Below, in pieces: positions 36,194 through 47,120 of a stretch of 64,000 nt of DNA. The notes under the pieces were generated by a model. It did not search any database. It saw only the letters and a list, made by a program, of their open reading frames with translations, and was not told the origin of the DNA. How positions within the stretch are numbered: position 1 is the stretch's first letter; every line of letters begins with the position of its first letter. Source of the stretch: Lytechinus pictus. Taxonomy: Eukaryota. The stretch is from NCBI RefSeq assembly GCF_037042905.1, contig NC_087252.1, forward strand, positions 5,272,001-5,336,000. The letters run 5' to 3'. Position numbers and translations under genes: made by a program.

Positions 36194-36385
36194 TGACAAT
36201 TGCTCCGCCGATATTTGCTCCGTCGACATCTGCTCCGCCGATATTTGCTCTGCCGACAATTGCTCCGCCGACATCTGCTCCAACTATACGACAATTGCTC
36301 CGCCGATAATTGCTCCGCCGGAAATTGCTCCAGTTATACGACAATTGCTCCGCAGTCAATTGCTCCGCCGTCACATGCTCCGATA
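36194..36385. repeat. Minisatellite of ~15-bp units (GACAATTGCTCCGCC)
   Basis: About 11 copies of the TGCTCC/TGCTCT core; it produces the repetitive ORFs 36180-36374 and 36200-36499. Confidence 0.9.
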
Positions 36386-36647
36386 ATACAATTGCATGAA
36401 CATCTTACAAATTGTTTTGTTGTTGTTTTGTTCTTATTATTCGTCAATGTTTTAATTATTTATTTCATTCTCCCCCTATCATCACAGCTTTCTGCTTAAC
36501 AAAACAAATTGTTTTCCCTGCCGCTGCCACTTGACATTGTAACGCAAAAGGGGAATGACACACTCCCCATTGAAATCGTGAATCTGGATATTTGTTCATT
36601 ATTATTATCCGGTCTTGAGCGGGGAGAAAGAGAGTGTGTGTGGGGAG

Positions 36648-36716
36648 CACTAGCGTACCTACGGGGGGGGGGGGGGCAGGGGGGGCACTCTCCCCCCCCT
36701 GACGAGATTTTGAAGA

Positions 36717-36758
<42 letters not shown>

Positions 36759-36808
36759 TGTTTGTCAAATTTTTTCTGGTACGAAAATCTTTATTTTGTA
36801 TTGATGAC

Positions 36809-36851
<43 letters not shown>

Positions 36852-36911
36852 TGTCAAATTTTTGGGCGGCCAATTTTGCCCCCCCTGTGAAAAATCCTAG
36901 GTACGCCACTG
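36648..36911. mobile_element. 264-bp hAT-type MITE with 8-bp TSD GTGGGGAG
   Basis: Ends CACTAGCGTACCTA / TAGGTACGCCACTG; GTGGGGAG at 36640-36647 and 36912-36919; two internal poly(T)-GCTTG subrepeats. Confidence 0.8.
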
Positions 36912-36937
36912 GTGGGGAGGGGGAGGGGGAAGGGGTG

Positions 36938-39631
36938 CAGTGGCGTAACAGGCGGGAGATGGGGCAGGGGGCAAGCTGCCCCCCCTGGCGGATTTCACCG
37001 GGAAAATCAAAGAAAGACGGGAAAAAGAAAAAAAAGGAGGGAGAAAGAAAGGGAAAGGGGAAGAAAAGGGGAAAAGGAAAGGAGGAAAGGGAAACGCGGA
37101 AAGAAAACGATTTTTTAATGGAAAAGGAAGGAAAGCGGGAAAATGTAAGATAGAAGAGCATTTGAGAAAGAAAAAAAATCATTCCGAAATTTCCAAAATA
37201 GGACTATGTAATGGGAATAAATTAAAAGATGAAAAATTGACAAACAATAGCGGAAAACGAAGGTAGAATGGAATTAGTCAAAAGCTAAATTGGAAAACAA
37301 AGAAAAGGGACAAGAACAAAAATTAATAAAACAACCGGGCCGCCGATGATTAAAATTAAAGAGCGGGAAGAAAGATGGACAGCATACAACATTGTGCTAT
37401 AAGCTTGCTAAATTTTATGCAAATAAGCTACCGGGGCTTTGCCCCAGACACCACGCAGTAGGGGCTCTTCATTTATAACCTTCAAATGGCTCTATAACGC
37501 CCCCGTTCAATCACTGGCATACAGGCATGGGAGGGGGGGGGGTCTTGGTTCCACACCCAAGAGGAAATAAAAGAAATTATAGGAGACAACGTATAATGAA
37601 ATGAATGTAAACAATGAAATGAGTTATTTGCTGAATAGAATGGGAAAATCTATCACATAATTATAATTAAATTTCAATAGGCAATTTTTTTTCCAGCTCG
37701 CTTTGCACGCTGGCGACTTTTTAAAAAATTTTCACACATTGCTATAGTTTGCACCCTCAAAATATTTGGTTCATTTCGCTACTAGGTTGAATAAATGTGT
37801 TGTGCAAAAGCTATATTCTGTATATGCCCACGATTTGATTAAAATAGCGGTAATCTGCGAGCTTTAAATGGCTTGATATCAATAAATTCCAGGGGCTCCG
37901 ACCCGGACCCCAACCGCACAGCACTGCGTATGGAAGGGTTGGGCCATGGCCCCAACAAGTTTTACAAACAAGAACCAAACAAGATGAATGCCTCTGGCCG
38001 TCTCACCTGCATCACGCGATTCAATATAGCAGCAGTGCTGATTTTGAAAACTACTATAACTCGCACAAGATGTTCAGTGATACTTGGTTACTCTTATTTC
38101 TACGTTTTATGAACTAGACCCATACACTTATAGAGATATGATGGTAATTCAACAAATACCCCCAACGTGGCCAAAGTTCATTGACCTTACATGACCTTTG
38201 ACCTTGATCATGTGACCTGAAACTCGTACAGGATGTTCAGTGATACTTGATTACTCTTATGTCCAAGTTTCAAGAGAAAGATCCATCAACTTTCCAAGTT
38301 ATGATGGTAATTCAACAGATACCCCCATTAAGCCAAAGTTCATTGACCTTTGACCTTGGTCATGTGACCTAAAATGCGCAAAGGATGTTCAGTGATACTT
38401 GATTACTCTTATGTCCAAGTTTTATGAACTAGACCAACACACTTTCAAAGTTATGGCGGTAATTCAACAAATACCCCAATTTGACCAAAGTTCATTGACC
38501 CTAAATGACCTTTGACCTTGATCATGTGACCTGAAACTTGCACAGGATGTTCAGTAATACTTGATTACTATTATGTCCAAGTTTCATGAATCAGATCCAT
38601 AAACTTTTAAAGTTATGATGGTAAATCTACAGATACCCCCAATTCGGCCAAAGTTCATTGACCCTAAATGACCATTGACCTTGGTCATGTGACGTGAAAC
38701 TCATGCAGGATGTTTAGTGATACTTGATTAACCTTATGTATAAGTTTCATGAACTAGGTCCATATATTTTCTAAGTTATGATGACATTTCAAAAACTTAA
38801 CCTTAGGTTAAGATTTTGATGTTGATTCCCCCAACATGGTCTAAGTTCATTGACCCTAAATGACCATTGACCTTGGTCATGTGACGTGAAACTCATGCAG
38901 GATGTTCAGTAATACTTGATTAACCTTATGGCCAAGTTTCATGAACTAGGTCCATATACATATTAAGTTATGCTGTCATTTCAAAAACTTAACCTCAGGT
39001 TAAGATTTGGTGTTGACGCCGCCGCCGCCGTCGCCGCCGCCGCCGCCGTCGGAAAAGCGGCGCCTATAGTCTCACTCTGCTATGCAGGTGAGACAAAAAA
39101 CGGAGGAAAGAAAAGCAACGGAATAGTGTAGGATATGATTTTATTTACTGAATATAATGTCAAATAATAGCTCAAAGTTAGATTCTCATGAAAAGGTGAT
39201 TTTTTTTCTGTCGCTCGCTTTGCTCGCTTGAGACTTATATAAAGCAGCTTTTTAGCACATGTGCTATTCTGCGCCCCTCTTTTTGTTTTTGTTTTTTATT
39301 ACTCTTTATGCTACTGCCGCAAAGAATCCTGTTCACAGTGGCGTACAGACCAAAAAAAGGAATCTTAAGAGAGAAGAGTGAAACATTTTATTCTCTGGAT
39401 ATCATGTCAAAATCTAACACAAAATTGGATTTTGGTATAAAAAAAAAAAAATCAAAATTTTTGCTCGCTCGCTCGCAACGTTTTTTTAAAGATAAATTCT
39501 GCCCGATACGCAATATCTGGACCTCTCAAAATAGTCGCCTCATTACACCATTACATCTGTTCATACCATGATATGACCGGGAAATGTTTGGCTCTTGCCC
39601 CCTCTGGCCACCGACCCCTGTTACGCCGCTG
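36938..39631 (+). mobile_element. Second copy of the hAT-type family seen at 11768-13688, interrupted by a Helentron-type element
   Basis: Ends CAGTGGCGTAACAGG / CCTGTTACGCCGCTG; shared internal blocks such as GCAAGCTGCCCCCC, AAGCTACCGGGG and GACCGGGAAAT..CCACCGACCCCTG. Confidence 0.8.
37979..39097 (-). mobile_element. Non-autonomous Helentron-associated element (HINE/DINE-1/pearl-like) with central tandem repeats
   Basis: Subterminal IRs GTCTCACCTGCA (38000) / TGCAGGTGAGAC (39083), adjacent short IR GTCTCAC (39069), (GCC)n microsatellite at ~39017-39048, six ~150-190-bp repeats (GATGTTCAGTGATACTTG..), A-run (TT-type) flanks. Confidence 0.8.
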
Positions 39632-39658
39632 GGGGGGGGGGGGGGTGCTGGACACAAT

Positions 39659-40544
39659 GGCCCGAATTCACAAAGGTGGTTTTGAAAACCCACGTTTGCG
39701 TCCATGGTTTATGCAGATTTCGTGTATAAATTACGCTTAATTTAGCGCGTTATTTATTTGTTTATTTCACATCTTTATACAGGGTATGTAACCAATTCAG
39801 TTATACACGATAAAAAAACATTAACAAAGATAAAAGCTGGTTTGCAATTGGGCCCTGTTAATCAAAATACATACAAATTATAAAGTACATATTATGCAAA
39901 TATACAAGAGATAAACCTTTACAAATCCCAAGCACCCAAACCCCCCCCCACACACACACACACCCCATTACACTCTGCAGACTTGTAACATATAATAAAT
40001 TCAACATTATGATTACATATTAAGCGAAAACAAATTTTACAAATAAGATACAATTAAGATACGAATGGTGTGGGAATATTTTAAAGAATTCAGAAGACGT
40101 TTGAATATTGCTAATGATTGAGCAGATCGAGTGTCTTGAGATAAACAGTTCCATTCACTTATGCCTACCGGTATAAATGTGTTTTTGTAATACTGCGTTT
40201 TAAATTTCGGGGCTCGTAGCATTAATTTATTAGTTCTTCGTGTTATACGCACTGATACATCATCATTAAAACACGGGCGCGTGTATAAAACATGTCCAAT
40301 GCTGATGCGCGCATTTCTCACAGTGCGCCAATCTGACGCCTGTTACCATGGTTAGATACGCTATTTTATTCATGAGTCCACTGTTTGAAGAGTGGACTCA
40401 TGAATAAAAACAGTGGACTCATGAATAAAATAGCGTATCTAACCATGGTAACTGGCGCTAAATTAAGCGTAATTTATACAGGAAATATGCATAAACCATG
40501 GACTCAACCGTGGGTTTTCAAAACCACCTTTGTAAATTCGGGCC
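39659..40544. mobile_element. PIF/Harbinger-like MITE with ~88-bp TIRs and AAT TSD, interrupted by a LINE tail
   Basis: GGCCCGAATTCACAAAGGTGGTTTTGAAAACCCACG / CGTGGGTTTTCAAAACCACCTTTGTAAATTCGGGCC; AAT at 39656-39658 and 40545-40547; extra internal palindrome at ~40342-40452. Confidence 0.8.
39751..40276 (-). mobile_element. 5'-truncated L2/CR1-type LINE 3' end
   Basis: C-terminal peptide PKFKTQYYKNTFIPVGISEWNCLS..SLAIFKRLL, terminal stem-loop at 39780-39857, AATAAA-type tail, GCGCGT duplicated at 39745-39750 and 40277-40282. Confidence 0.8.
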
Positions 40545-40555
40545 AATATATCTTC

Positions 40556-41954
40556 CATAGGCGGATCCAGGGGGGCGAGGGGCCCGCCCCCCCCCCACCC
40601 TATTGGCGGAGCCAAAAAAAAAAGGAGAAGAGGGGAGTAAAAAGAAGAGGAGGAAGACGAGTAAATAAAATAAGATGAGGGAAAGATTTGGAAAATAAAA
40701 AGAATCTTTCATGTCACTGTATAAAAATTTTGCTCGCGGTTCGCGCTCGCATTGCCTGTTAGGGGATTTTCATATCTTGTTCAATAATTATGGAATTCAA
40801 ATATCACGTTTGGAAGTCAATATCCAAACATATTTTACCTCGGGAATCGAACTTTTATTATTTTACGCTCGCATTTGATTGGAGAGTTATGTATGTCTTA
40901 ATATTGAATGTACAAATAAACTACTTAAAATCCACATTTAATGACAGTTTATCAAAAAATTTTGCTCGCGATTTGCGCTCGCATTAATGGTTGAAAATAT
41001 ATTAACTGATGCATCTTATTTATGACTACAAAAGTGTTGAAATGTTCAGTTTTCAGACCATAGTATCCTAGATTTCGTGCCCTCATTGGGCATTAATGAG
41101 TAAGATATTAATTTAGAAATTAAATTGTCCCTTTTGTTTTGTCTCGCGCTTAGCAAGAGGAATAGGAAAATAGTCATTATTTTAATATGATGACATGTCC
41201 TAAGGAAGTCCCGGTCCTATATGTCAAAACTCAAAGTAATAATAAAACATATCAGCTCTTTATTACGTGCGATCCATATCCACCTCACAATTTCCCTACA
41301 AAGTGCTTAAAATATAGAGCAGAAATTGACTTTGTTTTTAGTCGGAATATCAAATAGCTTAATCTATTTAATCATTATCCAGTTTCAGATCACAATAACA
41401 AAAATTTTCTGCTCGCGCTTTGTTCTGGCATTATCAAGTTAGGAAGATCCCTTATTACTCATTATTTTCATGATTTACAAAACATGAATAGAGTGTCCCG
41501 TTTTAGGTCTAAATCTCGATTTTTCCGCTCGTGCTTCGCGCTCGCATAAATTGTTTAGTTATAATAGCTATCCTGTTCACGATTACAAAAATTGATTGAA
41601 ATTTTCCATTCTTTATGTAGAAATTTCAAAATGTTTCAGCTCGCGCTTCGCGCTCGCATTATTTGATTGTTAAAATATGTAACGTCTTCATGGCTAAGTG
41701 CAAGCAATCCTTAACAGGTACCTTTTTGATCACTTTAAAATGTATACAAAAATTTCTGCTTGCGCTTTGCGCTCGCACTATATAAATAAGAATTATGATG
41801 TTATATATTTATGTTGATTTATAAGAATAAAGGTAAGAAGTGACTATTAGGATTACCCCTTCAAAAACACCAAAATCATTATCGAGCGGCCGATCGGGGA
41901 AAATATGGCAAAACCCCCCGCCCCCCTTATTGGCGAAGGCTTGATCCGCCCCCG
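40556..41954. mobile_element. Non-autonomous DNA element with GGCGGATC-type ends and ~115-bp degenerate subrepeats
   Basis: Ends CATAGGCGGATCCAG / TTGATCCGCCCCCG; GCTCGCGCTTCGCGCTCGC-like motif at ~40732, 40964, 41411, 41527, 41639 and 41758. TSD not resolved. Confidence 0.6.
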
Positions 41955-42619
41955 CTCTTCTGCTTTCCAGCAACGTATACACCATACATTCGCGCCCCCC
42001 CTCTCTCTCCCTCTTTCTCGTTTTGTTCTTTCACACTATTTATTTTCATTGGTGACCGCTTGATTTATTGTATATTTATCAACATTATAATTATTAATAT
42101 TTTTATCAATATTTTGATACGTCTTGGGCCTTATCTACCCTTGCACCTTTTTTCTTTCAATTTTTTTCAAACGAAAGTATGATCATCACTGGCGTACAGA
42201 TAGGGGAGAGTCGTGCTAGGGGTCACGGATCCCCCCCCCATTCTCCCTACCAATGAAAAAAAATAAAGGAAAGAAAACTAAATGTCATCCTTGTCTGGCC
42301 CCTTCATTTTTTGTTGGCTCATTACGCTACTGTTGAGTTACTATGAAACCAGACTTCGGTTGTATTTTTTTTTTATTCTGTGCAAATACAACAATATAAA
42401 TGTATTTTAATAAATGAATATATGTATGTATTTCTCTCATAATGTATAAACAAATAATGTTTTTTTTTAAAGACAACAATATACACAACAGTAATAATAT
42501 AGTTACATATTCATGAAGCATCAATACGCATCTCACTTAATTTGTAATGCGAATACGAAACGCGAGCTGTTATTAACCTGGAAAGGGGGCATTTCTCCGC
42601 AATTTTTTAACATTGTAAA

Positions 42620-45411
42620 CATGAGTTGATCAAAAGTCTCAAACTCTCATTGATGTTATTTATACTTCCAATACTTCTAAAATAGAAGAGAGTGGCGTTA
42701 TACACACCGGGATTAGTGACAATTCACTTGTTTTTGCTTTATTTGGTAAAAGGCGGTTTAATAAATGTCATCATGCGTACAAAGTGTACAGGAATTATAA
42801 AAGGTTCAATGGCGACGCATTTCGTGAAGAAGTGGGTAATAATAATTACAACGATGTGTACAGTTCTTCAACGGTTGATGAGTCTGCCAATTCTTTTATA
42901 AATTCTTGTTTCTTATCATGTAATAAATTTGCCCCATTAAGAAAAAAGAAGATAAAAAGGGACAGCCTTCCATGGATTGATGCAGATATTCTGGCAATGA
43001 TTCGTAAAAGAGACAGCATGAAAAGAAAAGCAGTTAAAGATAATCAGGATGAAGATTGGAAAGCATATAAGAAAATTAGGAATTCTGTAACAACAAAACT
43101 GAAGTACAAGAAAAAGATTTACTTTCAAACAAAAATCGAGACTTCGAAAGGCAATGTAAAAGAAACATGGAAAAATCTAAATATGCTATTGAATAGGAAC
43201 AATAAATCAAATGAAATACCGTTTATAAAATGTAATGATATTGATATTCATGATCCTATTCTGATTGCCGAAATATTGAATAAACATTTTGTTAATATAG
43301 GACCCCAGTTAGCAAATTAAATTATAGAGCCCACAGTTAATTCCGATCTTACGTATTATTTCCAATATTTGCCTCAAAATACACAGTTTCATTTCACACT
43401 GGTAAATGAAAGTGAGGTGTATAGGTATATCATGAATTTACCAAATGATAAAGGTATGGGGTGCGATTTGTTACCCGCAAAACTGATCAAATTAGTTGCC
43501 GAATACATCACTCGGCCCTTAACACATATAATAAACTTGTCTTTTATATTCGGTGAAGTTCCTGAAATGTGGAAAAATGCCATCGTGACTGCATTACACA
43601 AAGGAGAATCTAATGAACTTAATAATTTTAGACCGATTTCTATTTTACCGATCTTATCAAAAATCTTAGAAAGAATAGTTTTTAACCAATTGTACAATTA
43701 CTTTAGTTCTCATCATCTCTTGAATGCTTCCCAATCAGGCTTAGGCCCCTTCATTCAACCATGACAACACTGCTTTCAATCACCGATGATTGGTTTAATG
43801 AATTTGATAACGGGAATGTTGTATGTGCTGTAATGCTTGATCTGCGCAAAGCGTTTGATACTGTAAGTCACGAATTGTTTATCGATAAACTATGTCAGTA
43901 TGGTCTGGATGGAGTGTCAATAAACTGCTTCACGAATTATTTAAAAGGAAGAGGGCAGGTTACAAGAGTCAGTAGCCATATATCTCAAACTCGCCTTATA
44001 CTGGGTGGTATTCCCCAAGGGTCAATATTGGGACGCCTACTTTTTATCATATTTGTTAATGATCTACCGTCCATTTTAAAACATTGTAAAGTTAGCTTGT
44101 ATGCAGATGATACGATGATTTATTGCTCGGGCAAAAGCCCCACTGAAATATCTTTTAAGATTAATGAAGATCTATAAAACATAAGAAAATGGCTGATTAA
44201 AAATAAACTACACTTAAACATCGATAAAGCCGAATACATTGTACTAGGTACCAAACAAAGGCTCTGTAAAATTAAAAATGCTATGTTTCATATACATATT
44301 GATAATACTCGATTGCGTAAGGTAGATGAATGCAAATATTTAGGTGTTATCCTTGATTCTAATTTAACATGGCAAAACCATATTGATTATGTTCAGAATA
44401 AAGTGAATGGTGGTTTATTCATGCTAAAGTCTATAAAGAACTTCGTCGACGAAAAGGATCTGATCATTGTTTATAATTCCCTGATAATGTCACATTTTAA
44501 CTATTGCGATGCTGTATGAGGTACCTGCGGGTTGATTAATCAGAAAATTCTTCAAAAGCTACAAAATAGGGCTGCCCGAATAATAAATCGATCTCCATGG
44601 TATTCATCTTCCAAAGAAAATTTAGATAAATTAAAATGGGTAACGCTACAAGAAAACAGAAGAGACAACATTGCTATAATGATGTTTAAAATAATGACAG
44701 GACAGGCACCGACATATTTGATTGAAAGATTTTCATTTTATAGGCATACATATAATACACGGTCAGGTCTACTAACTTTAAATATCCCCCAAGCAAAAAC
44801 CGAATCTGGTAAGAAAACTTTTACGTTCAGGGGGGCTCACTGCTGGAACTCACTACCAATCCAAATGTAACAATCTACCAGTTTCAAAAGAGTATTAGCC
44901 AATTCAAGGAAATGAATCACAAAGGGATAGGTTGGTGGGGAGGGTATTTTTTTGTTTACCCATTATACCTGTATGCGTTATATCATAGGGATGAGACTTA
45001 ATGATGACGGGTGTATGAAAGGGTGTGTGGTGTGTATCTGTTTGTGTGTAAGGGTGAGTGTGAAGTGTTGTTAGACATTTTTTTTTCTCAATAATTCAAA
45101 TTAATCCATTTATAATTATGTATCTGATTAATATTTCACCTTATAATAATGTTATATTTTCTGTAGTATGCATTCATATTGAAGACATTCTGTATATTTC
45201 CAATTTGTTATTTGATTACTATTCGTAATTATTTGTATAAACTTACCGTCTTTGTATTATCACCTGGTAATAATTACGATTATTATGTTTATGTACTATT
45301 CATGTATACTAAGATAGGGTGCCTTTTAATTTGTACATTTTATTCATGGCACGGCCCCAATGCAAATCAGACTATGTATCTGTTTGGGTTTTTACCGTGT
45401 GAAAATAAAAT

Positions 45412-45498
<87 letters not shown>
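42620..45498 (+). mobile_element. Degraded 5'-truncated L2/CR1-group LINE with (TATC)n tail
   Basis: Consecutive ORF pieces with NFRPISILPILSKILE, LDLRKAFDTV, GIPQGSILG, YADD, KYLGVILD, LQNRAARII and WNSLP; several stops and frameshifts; stem-loop at 45350-45399; (TATC)n at 45413-45496. Confidence 0.9.
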
Positions 45499-45699
45499 AT
45501 TAATACAAGTAATTTAAAAAATAACAGAACAAATAAATGAGAAAAGAAAAAAAGCAGCATAGACATTATTAGTTTACATTAGAAGAAGTACAGCTTATCA
45601 ACATATATTGAATACTTGATAAACATGTTGCAAAAGTAATCACTTTTTCTCTTGTAACTATTCCTCATCCCCTATAGTATAGTAAAGGCAAGAATGTAA

Positions 45700-47120
45700 T
45701 AACAGAGGGATAAAAATCAGGTGTTTCACCTATTATTAAAGATTAACAAAATTCCAGAGCAGTTAGAAAAGTTATTTCTAGTTTTAAATAAATATTTAAA
45801 AGAGGATTCTGAGCCATCAATAAAACATGTGGAATCATTTGCTAGCAAAGATATTTTAGTTTGTTATTTTTAACTGGTATACTTTTGATTTGAGAATTTT
45901 GTCGAATAGCAAGTGCCATAGTTTCAAAACTTATACAAAAGGAAAGGGGATATGGGACACCCTTGAAAAATTCCTCTTTCCATATTAATAGAATTTGTCA
46001 AATTTCCGTAATTATATACGTAACTTTTTTCGACCGGAATAAAACATCTTTATCCAATTAACAAACTTATTACTAAAATTAAAACGATGTAACACACTAA
46101 TAAGGAACTGGTGAGTAACGCTATCAAAAGCTTTGTAGATATCTAGCAGAAGAATTGCACCAGGAATTTTATTCAAGTCTGTATAGTCAATAATATTCAA
46201 TTCAATTCAATTCATTTATTCACCATATAAAAATATTTAAATACACTGTAAAATAACATAATATATAAATGCATAAATATACCAAGACATACAACAAATA
46301 AATATACAACTAATAAGTATAATTTATACATTCATGTTAAAGAAAAATCAACATATGGTAAGAGGCAACCAAAAAAATTAGAATCTTGTAAGCAGTTGCC
46401 CCTTTACAAGTATTAAATAATCATTAATAATCATAACGTAATCAAATATACATTCACACATCAAACACAGAATCACCAACACTCAACAAACATCCATAAC
46501 TCATTACACTCAAACAAAAGAGAGAGAGAGAGTAAGAAAGAGGGCAGAGAGAGAGATGGGGGAGATGAGGGTACATGTATATTTAGAAAACAGAAAGGAA
46601 ATAAAGATGAATAACCACTAATTAATTGTCTTTTAAGTAAAATTTTAAATGAGGAGGCAGTTGAACAGGAACGAATTATAGGATCTAAATTGTTATAAGT
46701 TCTAGGTCCTGCATGTTTAAAAGAATTATGAATTTGATTATTAGAGGTCAGTGGAAGATGAAAATGAGAAGCTGAACGATTATTATACTGGTGAAAATCA
46801 TTATTATAATTAAAGAAATTCATAATGTTTACGGGTGCCATCTCCTGTTTAATATAATACATAAAAACTGCAACTTTAAATTCATAAATATGATAAATAT
46901 TTAGTGTCTTTAACTCAAAGAAGAGGGAGGCAGATGATGCATAATAGGAATATTTAGTACAGATACGTAAGGCTTTTTTCTGCAATTTATGAAAAAAAAA
47001 ACATCTGTGATCAGTCGAATATTGTTCCCAATATTCATGCCCTTTAAGAAACCAGATTGGTCAGGGTGAATCAGGTTTGAAAGACATTTTTTTTTCAAAC
47101 GATTTGCTAGCGTTTTGCTC
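45700..47120 (-). mobile_element. Degraded Tx1/L1 RT fragment split by an L2-type insertion
   Basis: LIHPDQSGFLKGMNIGNNIRLITDV (47098-47000) continues as IIDYTDLNKIPGAILLLDIYKAFDSV (46195 downward), matching the RT region of the ORF2 at ~18000-18160. Confidence 0.8.
46197..46985 (-). mobile_element. 5'-truncated L2/Crack-like LINE 3' end
   Basis: Peptide LQKKALRIC..LFFELKTL..FHLP..SFKHAGPRTYNNL; stem-loop at 46361-46403; AATAAA + (GAATT)n tail at ~46197-46220. Confidence 0.85.

Noticed and set aside
36488..36540. Strong-looking splice acceptor (..CCCCCTATCATCACAG) as exon 2
   Set aside because: Splicing in the required phase hits a stop after 15 codons (SFCLTKQIVFPAAAT*), and I found no counterpart after copy B.
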